64,000 bases of DNA, taken from positions 8,490-72,489 of the forward strand of contig CAISJD010000077.1 of assembly GCA_903885605.1 (NCBI GenBank). The letters are read 5' to 3'. A program made the position numbers and the translations under genes. Of this stretch, positions 16,691-25,621 are shown piece after piece (position 1 is the stretch's first letter; every line of letters starts with the position of its first letter). The notes under the pieces are model-generated. The model ran no database searches. It was not told the DNA's origin and saw only the letters and a list, made by a program, of their open reading frames with translations. Origin of the DNA: an uncultured Chthonomonas sp. Its GTDB lineage: Bacteria > Armatimonadota > Chthonomonadetes > Chthonomonadales > CAJBBX01.

Positions 16691-16834
16691 GCCCAGCTGG
16701 CGATCCCGACGCCCGACCACTACCTGCCCCTGCTGCCGCTGCTGGGCGCCGGGCGGGCCGGCGAACCGGTCACCTTCCCGGTGGAGGGCTTCGACGGCGG
16801 CTCCATGTCTATGCTCGCGGTCAAGTTCGGGTAG
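16688..16834 (+). pseudogene. 3' remnant of an extradiol ring-cleavage dioxygenase (4,5-DOPA dioxygenase / YgiD-LigB family)
   Basis: Only the last ~48 codons are recognisable (DAQLAIPTPDHYLPLLPLLGAGRAGEPVTFPVEGFDGGSMSMLAVKFG*), matching the conserved C-terminus PTP(D/E)HYLPLL..LG....GS.SM of this family. Similarity begins exactly where repeat copy B ends (16690). The upstream part of listed ORF 16358..16834 is a translation of repeat DNA. Confidence 0.55.
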
Positions 16835-16888
16835 GGGAGCGGGGCTGGGGTATCCTCGTCTCTGATCAAGCCGCAAGGAGGTGGACCT

Positions 16889-17152
16889 ATGGCCGTAACC
16901 GCTACGACCCGCTTGACCCAGCGTGGCCAGGTAGTCATTCCGCGCGCAGTCCGTGAGCAAATGGGGCTCACCAAGGGCGCAGGTTTCGCCGTCGTCGCCA
17001 CGGATGATACCATCGTGCTCCGGAGGCTGGATGAGCCCGTGGCGGCCGAGTTTGACGCGGTGATTGGCGCGCTTCGGAAGCAGGCGAGGGCCGCAGGCAT
17101 CAAGCCGGCCGATGTGGAGGAGGCCGTCAAGCAGGCCAGGGCCATAGTGTGA
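16889..17152 (+). CDS. AbrB/MazE/SpoVT-family antitoxin
   Basis: 87 aa, AAGGAGGTG RBS. N-terminal swapped-hairpin motif TRLTQRGQVVIPRAVREQMGLTKG. Overlaps the downstream PIN gene by 4 nt. Confidence 0.75.
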   Translation: MAVTATTRLTQRGQVVIPRAVREQMGLTKGAGFAVVATDDTIVLRRLDEPVAAEFDAVIGALRKQARAAGIKPADVEEAVKQARAIV

Positions 17153-17553
17153 GGGTTGTACTCGACACCAATGTGATCCTGTCGGCGGCGCTTGTCGGCG
17201 GCCTGTCAGGCCGGATTCTGGATGCATGGCGCAATGGCGCGCTCGTGCTGGTCGTGTGCCCCGAGATCATGCAGGAGTACGAGAGGGCGGGCCTGGCGCT
17301 GGAGCGGCGCTACCCCGCGGTGCGCGTGATGCCGTTCGTCCGGCTGGTGCAGCAGTTGTCGGAGGTAGCCGCTCCTGTCGCTCCGTTCCCATCGGTCTGC
17401 CGTGACCCGGATGACGACAAGTTCCTGGCGTGTGCCGAGGCAGGCGGCGCGGCGGTCATCGTGTCGGGCGACAAGGACCTGCTGGCCGTTGGTGAATACG
17501 CCGGGGTCGGCGTTCTAACGCCTCGCGCCTTCGTGGAGGCCCACCTGTCCTAG
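17149..17553 (+). CDS. PIN-domain toxin (PIN_3-like ribonuclease)
   Basis: GTG overlapping the antitoxin stop (GTGA). VVLDTNVILSA N-terminal acidic motif, DPDDDKFLACA, and C-terminal IVSGDKDLL typical of the PIN_3 / TIGR00305-type family. Confidence 0.8.
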   Translation: MRVVLDTNVILSAALVGGLSGRILDAWRNGALVLVVCPEIMQEYERAGLALERRYPAVRVMPFVRLVQQLSEVAAPVAPFPSVCRDPDDDKFLACAEAGGAAVIVSGDKDLLAVGEYAGVGVLTPRAFVEAHLS

Positions 17554-17560
17554 CCCCGTC

Positions 17561-20287
17561 CTACCGCCGCCTCGCCCCGAATTCCCCGAGCGCTTCCTTC
17601 GTGAAGGCCGTCGTCACCACCCACTCGCCTCGGCCGTCGACCACCCGGCTTGGGTCCGTCTGCGCCTGCTTTCGCACGTCCGCCGGGCAGAGGCGTTTGG
17701 CGGCGTAGCAGGTCGCGCCCTCGCGCACGCATCGCCGGATCGCCTCCAGCGTCTCCGGGCTCACCTCCACGCCGCACAGGATGATCGTCTTAACGCCCGC
17801 CAGCATCGCGTATCCGACCCGGTGGTCGTAGATCGCCGTTCGCGGCGCGGGGACGTCGAACCGCCAGGCGTACCGGTCGTAGACGCCGCTGTTGGTGTTC
17901 ACCGCGCCGGGGTGCGTGGCGCCGCCGGTGAGCCAGTGCCATGCTTGCAGCCACTCGCGCGTCTCCGGCGTCGATTGCAGGTTCTCCGCGCCGTAGAGCG
18001 TGTTCCAGTAGCTGCCCGTGGCCTGGCCCCAGTCGCTGTCCGGGAAGCGGACCATGGCCACCTCGGGCGCGAAGTCGCGGCAGGGCTTTGTGCTGGGCGT
18101 GGTCGCCTGCTGCGCGATGTGGCGGCGCAGGACGGCGCCGTACTCCGACAGGTCGTACTGCGTGGCGCCATAGGGCGCGAGGCAGGTGGTGAACTCGGTG
18201 TAGACGTGGTCGACGCCCGCCGATCGCGCCAACTCCAGCGCCTGCCGGTACTCCGTGGCGGAGTGGCCGGGAAACTGGTCGATGTGCCAGAGGTCGGGGC
18301 TGAACCATAGCTCCGCGCCGTACTGCCTGGCCGCGCCCAGGGCCTGGGCCAGCACCACCGGGTGGATGTCCTCCTTGAGCAGCTTGGGGCAGAGGGTGAA
18401 GCCGGCGCGGGCCAACGGATGCCATAGCACTGGAAAGACGCTCTCCACCAGCGTCCGCGCGCCGTGGCTCCGGTTGGCGGCCGCCACGCGCCCCGCGGCC
18501 GTCACGAGCGCCTCGTAGGCCTGCGGCAGCGCCATGCCGGTGGTCTCCACGAGGTAGGGCTTGCGATGCACCGGGTCCGTCAGGCCCGAGTAGGCGTTCC
18601 GCGACATCTGCATGTGCTCGCCCTCGTCGTAGACCACTCCCTCGAAGAGGCCGGTGGCCGACGCGGCGTCCAACGCCTCCGGCTCAATGTCCCACCGGTG
18701 GCATCCGCCCTCGGCTGCGAAGCGGTTGCGGCCCTCCTTGTCGAGCGCCTCGGGCGCCCAGTTGGAGGTCTCGTTGTTCAGCGCGAAGCGCGTGCGCGTG
18801 GCCCTGCAAAAGGCGAGCAGCTCGCGGAACTCGCCGTTGTCGAGCTGCGCCGGGTCCAGGTGGAACTGGAGGAAGTTGACGCCCAGGTCGCGCAGGGAGA
18901 GGAGCAGCGCCGGGCTGTCGACGTAGCCCAGGTCCACGCCCTGCAGCCCTCGACGCACCGTGCTGAAGGGGCCCACGGTGTCGAACAGCTCGCTCACGCG
19001 CTTCTGGCCGGGACCGAGCAGCGCCAGCGCGGTGGTGTGGGCCTGCACGTTGCGCGAACCGGGCAGGGCGGCCTCCAGGCTGTAGAGGCCCCGTGGCAGG
19101 GGCTTCAGCCGCGCCGTGGCCCTGTCGCCGGTCAGGGCGAGGAGAAGCCGCTGGACCTCGCGCCGCCGCCAGTCCCGCACGGTGACGACGCACTTGCGGG
19201 CGAAGCCGGGCGCCGTATCCCAGACGCGCACCTCGATGGGCAACGCCCGGCCGGCCGCGGCCCGGTCGGCGCCGTCGGCCACGCGCACGCTCGTGGTGGC
19301 CGTCACGGGCCGCGCGCCGGCGTCGGCGGTGTGGCGGATGTCGATGGGCCAGTAGGCGATGTGGAGCCAGTCGGGGCATGGCGGGCGGACGGTCTGCAGG
19401 GGCTTCGCGCCGTCGACGCTCCAGTGCGGGCCGCTGACGAGCCGACCGATCTCGCGGGCTCCGGCGAGGGCGCGCAGGTCCAGGGCCAGCCTCTGTGCCG
19501 GGGCGGGCGAGAAGTCATACGCCGCGCGGAAGCCCGTCGCCGCGGCGTCGATGCGGCACCGCAGGGCGTCTCCGTGGCCGTCGGAGATGCGCCAGCCGGC
19601 GGCGGGGCTCAGGTCGCGGAGACCTCCGGGGCCGTCAAGCGTTACGCGGTCGAAGGTGACCGAGCCGCCTGGGTCGCGCCCGGTGCGCTTTTGGTCGATG
19701 CGGATGCGTACCCGCGCCACGCGCTCCAGGTCGCACCCCGCCGCGCCGATGGGCATCCGGCCCGCGGACCGCAGGTCGATGGTGTGTACGGCCGGTGCGC
19801 CCGTCTCGCCCAGCTGCAGCGTTGGGTCGGTTCGCTCCGCGCAGAAGTAGCCCGTCGAACGGCCCTCGGCGTCGAGGCACTCAAGGTAGAGCCACTCAAA
19901 CCGCCGGGCGTCCGAGGTGGCGATCGTCAGCGTGCGGGCCGCCATGGGTGGGTCCACGGCGCGCTCGACCACCATCCAGCAGTTCTCGGGCTGGCGGACG
20001 ACCTCGGACGCCACCTCGACGCGTACGCTGTTCCGACCCGCCCGCAGGCCGCTCGTCAGGCGGCGTACATCGGCCCAGGGTCGGTCGCCCACGTCCACGG
20101 CGACGCCGTTGATCCAGACGCGGTAGCGGTCCTGAGCCGTGGTCCGCAGCAGGGCGTGCGTGGGGCGGGAGGGTAGCTCCAGCGTCGCCTCGAAGCGGGC
20201 CGTGGCGCGCATGGCGTCGGGCGGCGGCGCGATCCAGACGGGCAGCGGCCCGACGGCAACCAGCAGCAGGGAGTTCACAGCGTTCAT
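17561..20287 (-). CDS. Large secreted hypothetical protein (908 aa), glycoside-hydrolase-like architecture
   Basis: N-terminal hydrophobic leader. Jelly-roll-like segment (DRYRVWINGVAVDVG...GRNSVRVEV). Central region with TIM-barrel-like alternation. C-terminal KTIILCGVEVSPETLEAIRRCVREGATCY resembles the GATase1-like middle domain of GH42 enzymes. Codon usage is consistent with neighbours. Confidence 0.65.
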   Translation of the reverse strand: MNAVNSLLLVAVGPLPVWIAPPPDAMRATARFEATLELPSRPTHALLRTTAQDRYRVWINGVAVDVGDRPWADVRRLTSGLRAGRNSVRVEVASEVVRQPENCWMVVERAVDPPMAARTLTIATSDARRFEWLYLECLDAEGRSTGYFCAERTDPTLQLGETGAPAVHTIDLRSAGRMPIGAAGCDLERVARVRIRIDQKRTGRDPGGSVTFDRVTLDGPGGLRDLSPAAGWRISDGHGDALRCRIDAAATGFRAAYDFSPAPAQRLALDLRALAGAREIGRLVSGPHWSVDGAKPLQTVRPPCPDWLHIAYWPIDIRHTADAGARPVTATTSVRVADGADRAAAGRALPIEVRVWDTAPGFARKCVVTVRDWRRREVQRLLLALTGDRATARLKPLPRGLYSLEAALPGSRNVQAHTTALALLGPGQKRVSELFDTVGPFSTVRRGLQGVDLGYVDSPALLLSLRDLGVNFLQFHLDPAQLDNGEFRELLAFCRATRTRFALNNETSNWAPEALDKEGRNRFAAEGGCHRWDIEPEALDAASATGLFEGVVYDEGEHMQMSRNAYSGLTDPVHRKPYLVETTGMALPQAYEALVTAAGRVAAANRSHGARTLVESVFPVLWHPLARAGFTLCPKLLKEDIHPVVLAQALGAARQYGAELWFSPDLWHIDQFPGHSATEYRQALELARSAGVDHVYTEFTTCLAPYGATQYDLSEYGAVLRRHIAQQATTPSTKPCRDFAPEVAMVRFPDSDWGQATGSYWNTLYGAENLQSTPETREWLQAWHWLTGGATHPGAVNTNSGVYDRYAWRFDVPAPRTAIYDHRVGYAMLAGVKTIILCGVEVSPETLEAIRRCVREGATCYAAKRLCPADVRKQAQTDPSRVVDGRGEWVVTTAFTKEALGEFGARRR

Positions 20288-20901
20288 GGCATGCCTCCGT
20301 TCCGCGTCGTCGCCTCAGCCATCACGATCCGCAGGGACCCGCCCAGGTCGCCGTCGCCGCGCACGGTGAGGTCGGCGTGGCGGGCCGAGGGCAGGACGTA
20401 GCGGCGGGCCATGGGCTCCACCTGCTCGGCGAACTGGCGTCGCACGTCGGCCTCGGTTCGCTCACGCTCGCGGGTGTCCCGGTCGATGCGGCGCCGCAGG
20501 CACAGCTCCAGCGGGCAGTCGACGAAGACGCGCAGGTCCGCGACGGCCCGCATCTCGGGCCAGTGGAGCGCCAGGATGCCCTCGGCCACCACCACCGGCG
20601 CGGGCTCCACGTGCGTCACCTCGCCGGTGCGGGTATGCGTGGCGAACGAGTAGACCGGCGTGTCGATCCCGCTCCCCGCCGCCAGGCCCCGCAGGTGGAG
20701 CGTGGCCATCTCGTGGTCGATGGCCGCCGGGTCGTCGAAGTTGGTCAGCGCCCGCTCGGCCATGGGCAGGTGCGCGAGGTCTCGGTAGTAGTTATCGACG
20801 CACAGGGGCGCGCATCGCCCGAGCCATGCCTCTGCCAGCCCCGCAGCCAGCGCGCTCTTGCCCGACCCGCTGACCCCCGCGATGAGCACGACGAACGCCA
20901 T
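20284..20901 (-). CDS. udk: Uridine kinase
   Basis: Start at the internal Met (ATG 20901). P-loop IAGVSGSGKS, NFDDPAAID, VVVAEGILAL, RRIDRD. The stop overlaps the ATG of the 908-aa gene (ATGA). The upstream 137 codons of the listed ORF were rejected. Confidence 0.85.
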   Translation of the reverse strand: MAFVVLIAGVSGSGKSALAAGLAEAWLGRCAPLCVDNYYRDLAHLPMAERALTNFDDPAAIDHEMATLHLRGLAAGSGIDTPVYSFATHTRTGEVTHVEPAPVVVAEGILALHWPEMRAVADLRVFVDCPLELCLRRRIDRDTRERERTEADVRRQFAEQVEPMARRYVLPSARHADLTVRGDGDLGGSLRIVMAEATTRNGGMP

Positions 20902-21058
20902 CCCCCTTGCCACTCCTCCGCGTAGTGGGCCTGAGTGTAGCAGGTGTGGGCCGGCCGTCGGGGCCGCGGCGGCCCGGGCTTGCATGGCTCCGGTACACTG
21001 ATAGGGTGTTACGTAGCCGCCTATCGGCGCGCGTGCGTGGCCGGAGAAGGAGAGGACC

Positions 21059-23479
21059 TTGGTACTGACCTTGCTGTTGCTCGCCGCTGCGGGGCTTTGC
21101 GCCGCCGCAATCTCCGCCACGGAGCGAAACCAGCCGCTGAACGACGACTGGCGGTTCCACCGGGGCGATGAGCCCGACGCCTGGCAGCCCTCGTTTGACG
21201 ACCGCGCGTGGCGCCTGGTGGACGTGCCGCACGACTGGTCCATCGAGGACCTGCCCGAGGCGCCCGGCGTCTCGGGCCCCTTCGACCCGCAGAGCCCCGG
21301 CGCCCGCGACACGGGCTACACCGTGGGCGGCGTGGGCTGGTACCGCAAGACCTTCAAGCTCCCGTCGGCCGCCCGAGGCAAGCGCGTGGGCCTGATGTTC
21401 GACGGCGCGTACATGGACGCCACGGTCTGGCTGAACGGCGTCCAGATCGCCCGGCATCCCTACGGCTACACTGCCTTCCACATGGACCTGACGCCGCACG
21501 CGCTCTACGGCCCCAAGCCCAACGTGCTGGCCGTGCGGCTCGACACGTCCGGCCGGACCAGCCGCTGGTACAGCGGGTCGGGCATCACGCGCTGCGTGGA
21601 GGTCTGTGTCACGCACCCGGTCCACGCGCAGCCCTGGGGCATCGCCATCACCTCGATCCGTTCCGGCGCCCATGACGCCGATGTGACGGTGAAGACCGTG
21701 GTGGTGAACGACGGCCAGAGCGAGCGCAGCGTGACGGTGGCCTCGCGCATCGTCGACCCGCGCGGCGACACGGTGGCCTCGATCTCCTCCTCGCTTCGGC
21801 TCGCCGCCGGGGCCGAGGAGGAGTTCGTCCAGAACATGCTGGTAGCCAAGCCGCTGCTCTGGTCGCTGGAGAAGCCGCACCAGCACCACCTGGTCACCAC
21901 GGTGGTGGCGAACGGCCACATCGCCGACGTGCTGGCCACGGAGTTCGGCATCCGCTTCATCGATGTCTGCCCCGAGACGGGCCTCCGCCTCAACGGCGCG
22001 CCCATCAAGCTCCGGGGCGGCTGCGTCCACCATGACAACGGCTGCCTGGGAGCCCGGGCCCTTCCCCGCGCCGAGGAGCGCCGTGTGGCCCTGCTCAAGG
22101 CCAGCGGCTTCAACGCCGTCCGCACGGCCCACAACCCGCCTTCCACAGCCTTCCTGGACGCCTGCGACCGGTTGGGCATGCTGGTGCTGGACGAGGCCTT
22201 CGACTGCTGGTCCGAGGGCAAGAACGCCGACGACTACGGCCGCTTCTTCAATGAGCACTGGCGCGAGGACATCGACGCCATGGTGCTCCGCGACCGGAAC
22301 CATCCCTGCGTCTTCGCCTGGTCGGTGGGCAATGAGATTCCCAACCAGCACCTGCAGGCCACTGCCGCCGCCGCCGCCATGCTGGTCCACCGCGTCCGAG
22401 GCATCGACCCCAGCCGGCCCGTGGCCGTGGCCGCGCTGCCGGACGCCGAGAACTGGGAGAAGCTGGACGGCCTCTTCACGCAGGTCGACCTCGCGGGTTA
22501 CAACTACCGCCGGCAGCAGTACGATGCCGACCACAAGCGCGTCCCCGGCCGCCTCATCTTCGGCTCAGAATCCTTCTCGCACGCGTCGGAGGCCTTCGAG
22601 AGCTGGATGGGCGTCTTCGACCGCTCGTGGGTGCTGGGCGACTTCGTCTGGACCGCCATGGACCACCTCGGCGAGGCCTGCCTCGGCTCCGTCTTCATCG
22701 AGGGCGACCCCGGCCCCGAAGGCTGGCCCTGGACCGTCTCGAACTGCGGCGACCTCGACCTCATCGGCATGAAACGACCGCAATCCTACTACCGCGACGC
22801 GCTCTGGGGCGTGGGCACGGCGGTCTCGTGCTTCGTGGAGCCTCCCGCGCGCATCTTCGGCGGGCGTCAGCTCGCGAAGGGCTGGGGCTGGCGTGATGAG
22901 CGGGCCTGCTGGACCTGGCCCGGCGCCGAGGGCGACGATGTCACGGTGCGCGTCTACTCCTCGCGCTCGCAGGTGCGGCTCTACCTGAACGGCCGCGACC
23001 TGGGCGCACAGCCGGTGGATCGCGACACCCGCTTCGAGGCCATCTACACGGTGCCCTACGAGCCGGGCGAGCTTTGCGCCGTGGCCTATGCGGGGAACGG
23101 CAAGGAGGCCGGCCGCTGGGTCCTCCGCACCGCCGGTCCCGCCGCCGGGTTGCGCCTCCGTGCTGACCGATCCGCCATGCTCTGCGACGGGCAGGACCTC
23201 GCCTTCGTCACCGTGGAGGTGGTCGATGCCGCCGGCGTCCTGGCGCCCGGCCCGGATGTGGAGGTCTCCTTCAGCGTTACAGGCCCGGCCCGCATCTCCG
23301 CTGTCGGCAACGCCGATCCCACCTCGGTGGCGAGCTTCACGCAGCCCCGCAGGCGCACGTTCCGCGGGAGATGCCTGGCGGTGGTGCAGGCCGGACGCAA
23401 GCCCGGAGCCGTGACCCTGACCGCCGAGGCTGACGGCCTGGCGCCGTCGCAGGTGACGCTGAACACAGATTACGACTAG
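21059..23479 (+). CDS. Glycoside hydrolase family 2 (beta-galactosidase/beta-glucuronidase-like), secreted
   Basis: TTG start after GGAGAAGGAGAGG. Leader LLLLAAAGLCAAA. WRFHRGD, GVGWYRKTF, VWLNG, FNAVRTAHNPPS and WSVGNE motifs of GH2. Confidence 0.85.
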   Translation: MVLTLLLLAAAGLCAAAISATERNQPLNDDWRFHRGDEPDAWQPSFDDRAWRLVDVPHDWSIEDLPEAPGVSGPFDPQSPGARDTGYTVGGVGWYRKTFKLPSAARGKRVGLMFDGAYMDATVWLNGVQIARHPYGYTAFHMDLTPHALYGPKPNVLAVRLDTSGRTSRWYSGSGITRCVEVCVTHPVHAQPWGIAITSIRSGAHDADVTVKTVVVNDGQSERSVTVASRIVDPRGDTVASISSSLRLAAGAEEEFVQNMLVAKPLLWSLEKPHQHHLVTTVVANGHIADVLATEFGIRFIDVCPETGLRLNGAPIKLRGGCVHHDNGCLGARALPRAEERRVALLKASGFNAVRTAHNPPSTAFLDACDRLGMLVLDEAFDCWSEGKNADDYGRFFNEHWREDIDAMVLRDRNHPCVFAWSVGNEIPNQHLQATAAAAAMLVHRVRGIDPSRPVAVAALPDAENWEKLDGLFTQVDLAGYNYRRQQYDADHKRVPGRLIFGSESFSHASEAFESWMGVFDRSWVLGDFVWTAMDHLGEACLGSVFIEGDPGPEGWPWTVSNCGDLDLIGMKRPQSYYRDALWGVGTAVSCFVEPPARIFGGRQLAKGWGWRDERACWTWPGAEGDDVTVRVYSSRSQVRLYLNGRDLGAQPVDRDTRFEAIYTVPYEPGELCAVAYAGNGKEAGRWVLRTAGPAAGLRLRADRSAMLCDGQDLAFVTVEVVDAAGVLAPGPDVEVSFSVTGPARISAVGNADPTSVASFTQPRRRTFRGRCLAVVQAGRKPGAVTLTAEADGLAPSQVTLNTDYD

Positions 23480-23520
23480 AACCGGCGCCCGAGGGGGTTG
23501 CCGCTGCAAGGAGCGCAAAC

Positions 23521-24585
23521 GTGGTTCGACTGGGCATCATCGGTGCGGGCGGCATGGCCAACGCGCACATGGACCGTTACCGTGAGATCGAGGGCTGTAC
23601 CGTGGCGGCCTGCTGCGACGTCGTCCCCGGCAAGGCGGCGAAGTTCGCGCAGGACCGAGGGGTGCCCAACAGCTACGAAGACTACCGCGCCATGCTCGAC
23701 CACGAGGCGCTGGACGCCGTGGCCGTGGTCACCACCGACGCCACCCACGCCGAGTGCTCGCTGGAGGCGCTGGGCCGGGGCCTGCACGTGCTCTGCGAGA
23801 AGCCGCTGGCCACGTCGCTCGAGGATGCCCTCCGCATGACCGAGGCCGCCCGTGCGTCGGGCCGCATCAACATGGTCAACTTCTCCTATCGCAACTCCGC
23901 CGCCGTGCAGGGAGCCGCCGCGGCGATCAGGGCGGGGGCCATCGGCCGGGTGCTGCACGTCGAGGCGAGCTACCTGCAGAGCTGGCTCGTGAGCCGCGAG
24001 TGGGGCGACTGGCGCACGGGCAACCACCTCACCTGGCGGCTCTCCACTCGCCACGGAAGCGCCGGCGTGCTGGGCGACATCGGCTGCCACATCTACGACA
24101 TGGTCAGCTACCTTTGCGGCGACATCACCGAGATCCAGTGCCGCCTCCGGACCTTCAGCAAGGGCGAGCCCAACGAGATGGTGGGCGAATACGCGCTGGA
24201 CGCGAACGACAGCTTCGTCAGCGCCGTCTCCTTCAGCAACGGGGCTATGGGCGCCGTGCATTCGACGCGCTGGGCGTCCGGTCAGGTGAACAGCCTGCGG
24301 GCCAGGATCTACGGCGACGGCGGGGCCATCGACGTGGAGCTGGATCGCTCGTGGGACGAGTACCGCACCTGCACCGGCCAGGAGGCCATCGACCGTCACG
24401 ATTGGCGCACCGAGGTCTGCCCGCCGTCGCCCAATAACTACAAGAGGTTCATCACCGCCATCAACACGGGCTGCCCCGATCCCTGCGACTTCGCCGTCGG
24501 CGCGCGCGTGCAGGCCTACCTGCACTACAGCCAGGAGTCGGATCGCCTCGGAGCCGCTTGCCCCATCCGGATGACGGCCGGCTAA
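23521..24585 (+). CDS. Gfo/Idh/MocA-family NAD(P)-dependent oxidoreductase
   Basis: VRLGIIGAGGMA Rossmann start and the CEKPLA motif. Typical ~350-aa length. Confidence 0.85.
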   Translation: MVRLGIIGAGGMANAHMDRYREIEGCTVAACCDVVPGKAAKFAQDRGVPNSYEDYRAMLDHEALDAVAVVTTDATHAECSLEALGRGLHVLCEKPLATSLEDALRMTEAARASGRINMVNFSYRNSAAVQGAAAAIRAGAIGRVLHVEASYLQSWLVSREWGDWRTGNHLTWRLSTRHGSAGVLGDIGCHIYDMVSYLCGDITEIQCRLRTFSKGEPNEMVGEYALDANDSFVSAVSFSNGAMGAVHSTRWASGQVNSLRARIYGDGGAIDVELDRSWDEYRTCTGQEAIDRHDWRTEVCPPSPNNYKRFITAINTGCPDPCDFAVGARVQAYLHYSQESDRLGAACPIRMTAG

Positions 24586-24604
24586 CTCGCAGGAGGTGCG
24601 CTCC

Positions 24605-25612
24605 ATGTTGCGTAACGCTCTTCTCGCCGTCCTACTGGCGGTCGTCGCCGTCTCCGCCACGGCGTCTCCGATCACCTGGTCGCCCGACGGCAAGCAGGTG
24701 GCAGTGGCGTTCAAGGACGGCGTGGCCGTCGCCTCCGTGGACGGCAGCGGCGGCTGGGCCCTGGCCGGGCCCGGCGGCAAGTGCCCGGTCTGGTCGCCCG
24801 ACGGCGGCTCCATCGTCTACAGCCTGCCGGAGAACGGCGTCGCCGCTGCATGGGTCTACGACGTGAAGAAGGCTCGCACCCGCAAGGTGGCCGCCGAAGT
24901 GGGCCCGCCCTACGCCTGGCGCGAGGACGGCCAGCGCTTCGTCGGTTTCTGCCGCCTGCCGGAGGGCGCCGTGGAGGCCGTCTGGTTCAACCTCACCGAC
25001 CGAGGCGTGACCCAGCGCCGGGCGCTCCCGTGCCGCACGGTGCAGGAGGAGTCCGACGACGTGGTCTGGCTGCCGGAGACGGATGACATCGCCTTCGTGG
25101 GCCGCGACGGCGCCCAGGCCGATGTCTACATCGTCGAGTCAGGCGATGTCACCCGCGTCACCCGCACCGGCGACATCGTCGGCTTCGCCCTCTCCAGGGA
25201 TCGCAAGGAGCTGGTCTGGGGCCGCACAGGGCCGAACCCGAAGTACATCCTGGTCACGCTCTACGCGCTCAACCTGGAGAGCCGCGGGTCCCGCCGCCTG
25301 CCCCTGCCTGACCGCATCCCCGCGCTCAACCCGAACCCGCGCCAGGCGCCCACGGGCGTCGGCCGTGCCTATCCGGCCGCCGGGCTCGATGCGCTGGCCC
25401 TCACCGTGACGCTGGCCCCGGCTCCGGCGCCTTCATCGGCTTGCTGGCTGGGCAAGCTGGACGGCACGGGCTCCGTGGTCCGCAAGTGGGCGGGTGCGCC
25501 CGGCGGGCTGGCCGTGGCGTGGTCGCCCGACGGCCGTAGCGTGGTCCTCTTCGACGGCACGGTCACGCTGGTCGGGTTGAACGGCTCTCAGGCCAGGCTC
25601 CCTGCGCGGTAG
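24605..25612 (+). CDS. Secreted PD40/TolB-like beta-propeller repeat protein
   Basis: ATG 24605, 8 nt after AGGAGG. Signal peptide. Repeated WSPDG-type blades (ITWSPDGKQVAV, PVWSPDGGSIVY, VAWSPDGRSVVL). Confidence 0.65.
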   Translation: MLRNALLAVLLAVVAVSATASPITWSPDGKQVAVAFKDGVAVASVDGSGGWALAGPGGKCPVWSPDGGSIVYSLPENGVAAAWVYDVKKARTRKVAAEVGPPYAWREDGQRFVGFCRLPEGAVEAVWFNLTDRGVTQRRALPCRTVQEESDDVVWLPETDDIAFVGRDGAQADVYIVESGDVTRVTRTGDIVGFALSRDRKELVWGRTGPNPKYILVTLYALNLESRGSRRLPLPDRIPALNPNPRQAPTGVGRAYPAAGLDALALTVTLAPAPAPSSACWLGKLDGTGSVVRKWAGAPGGLAVAWSPDGRSVVLFDGTVTLVGLNGSQARLPAR

Positions 25613-25621
25613 GCATCCGGC

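Noticed and set aside
16358-16834. 158-aa ORF that could be taken as an intact gene.
   Set aside because: Its first ~110 codons translate the AT-rich leader and repeat copy B. Only the last ~48 codons resemble a real protein family (LigB/YgiD C-terminus). I treated it as a gene remnant.
20902-21312. N-terminal extensions of internally started genes: udk (listed start 21312), ligA (44793), PPK2 (52565), sfsA (53182), S9 peptidase (59053), Zn-ADH (listed start 26608) and the AI-2E transporter (listed start 52886).
   Set aside because: In each case the family-typical N-terminus (P-loop, signal peptide and so on) begins at an internal start codon with a plausible RBS. The extension is R/P/G-rich and often overlaps the neighbouring gene.
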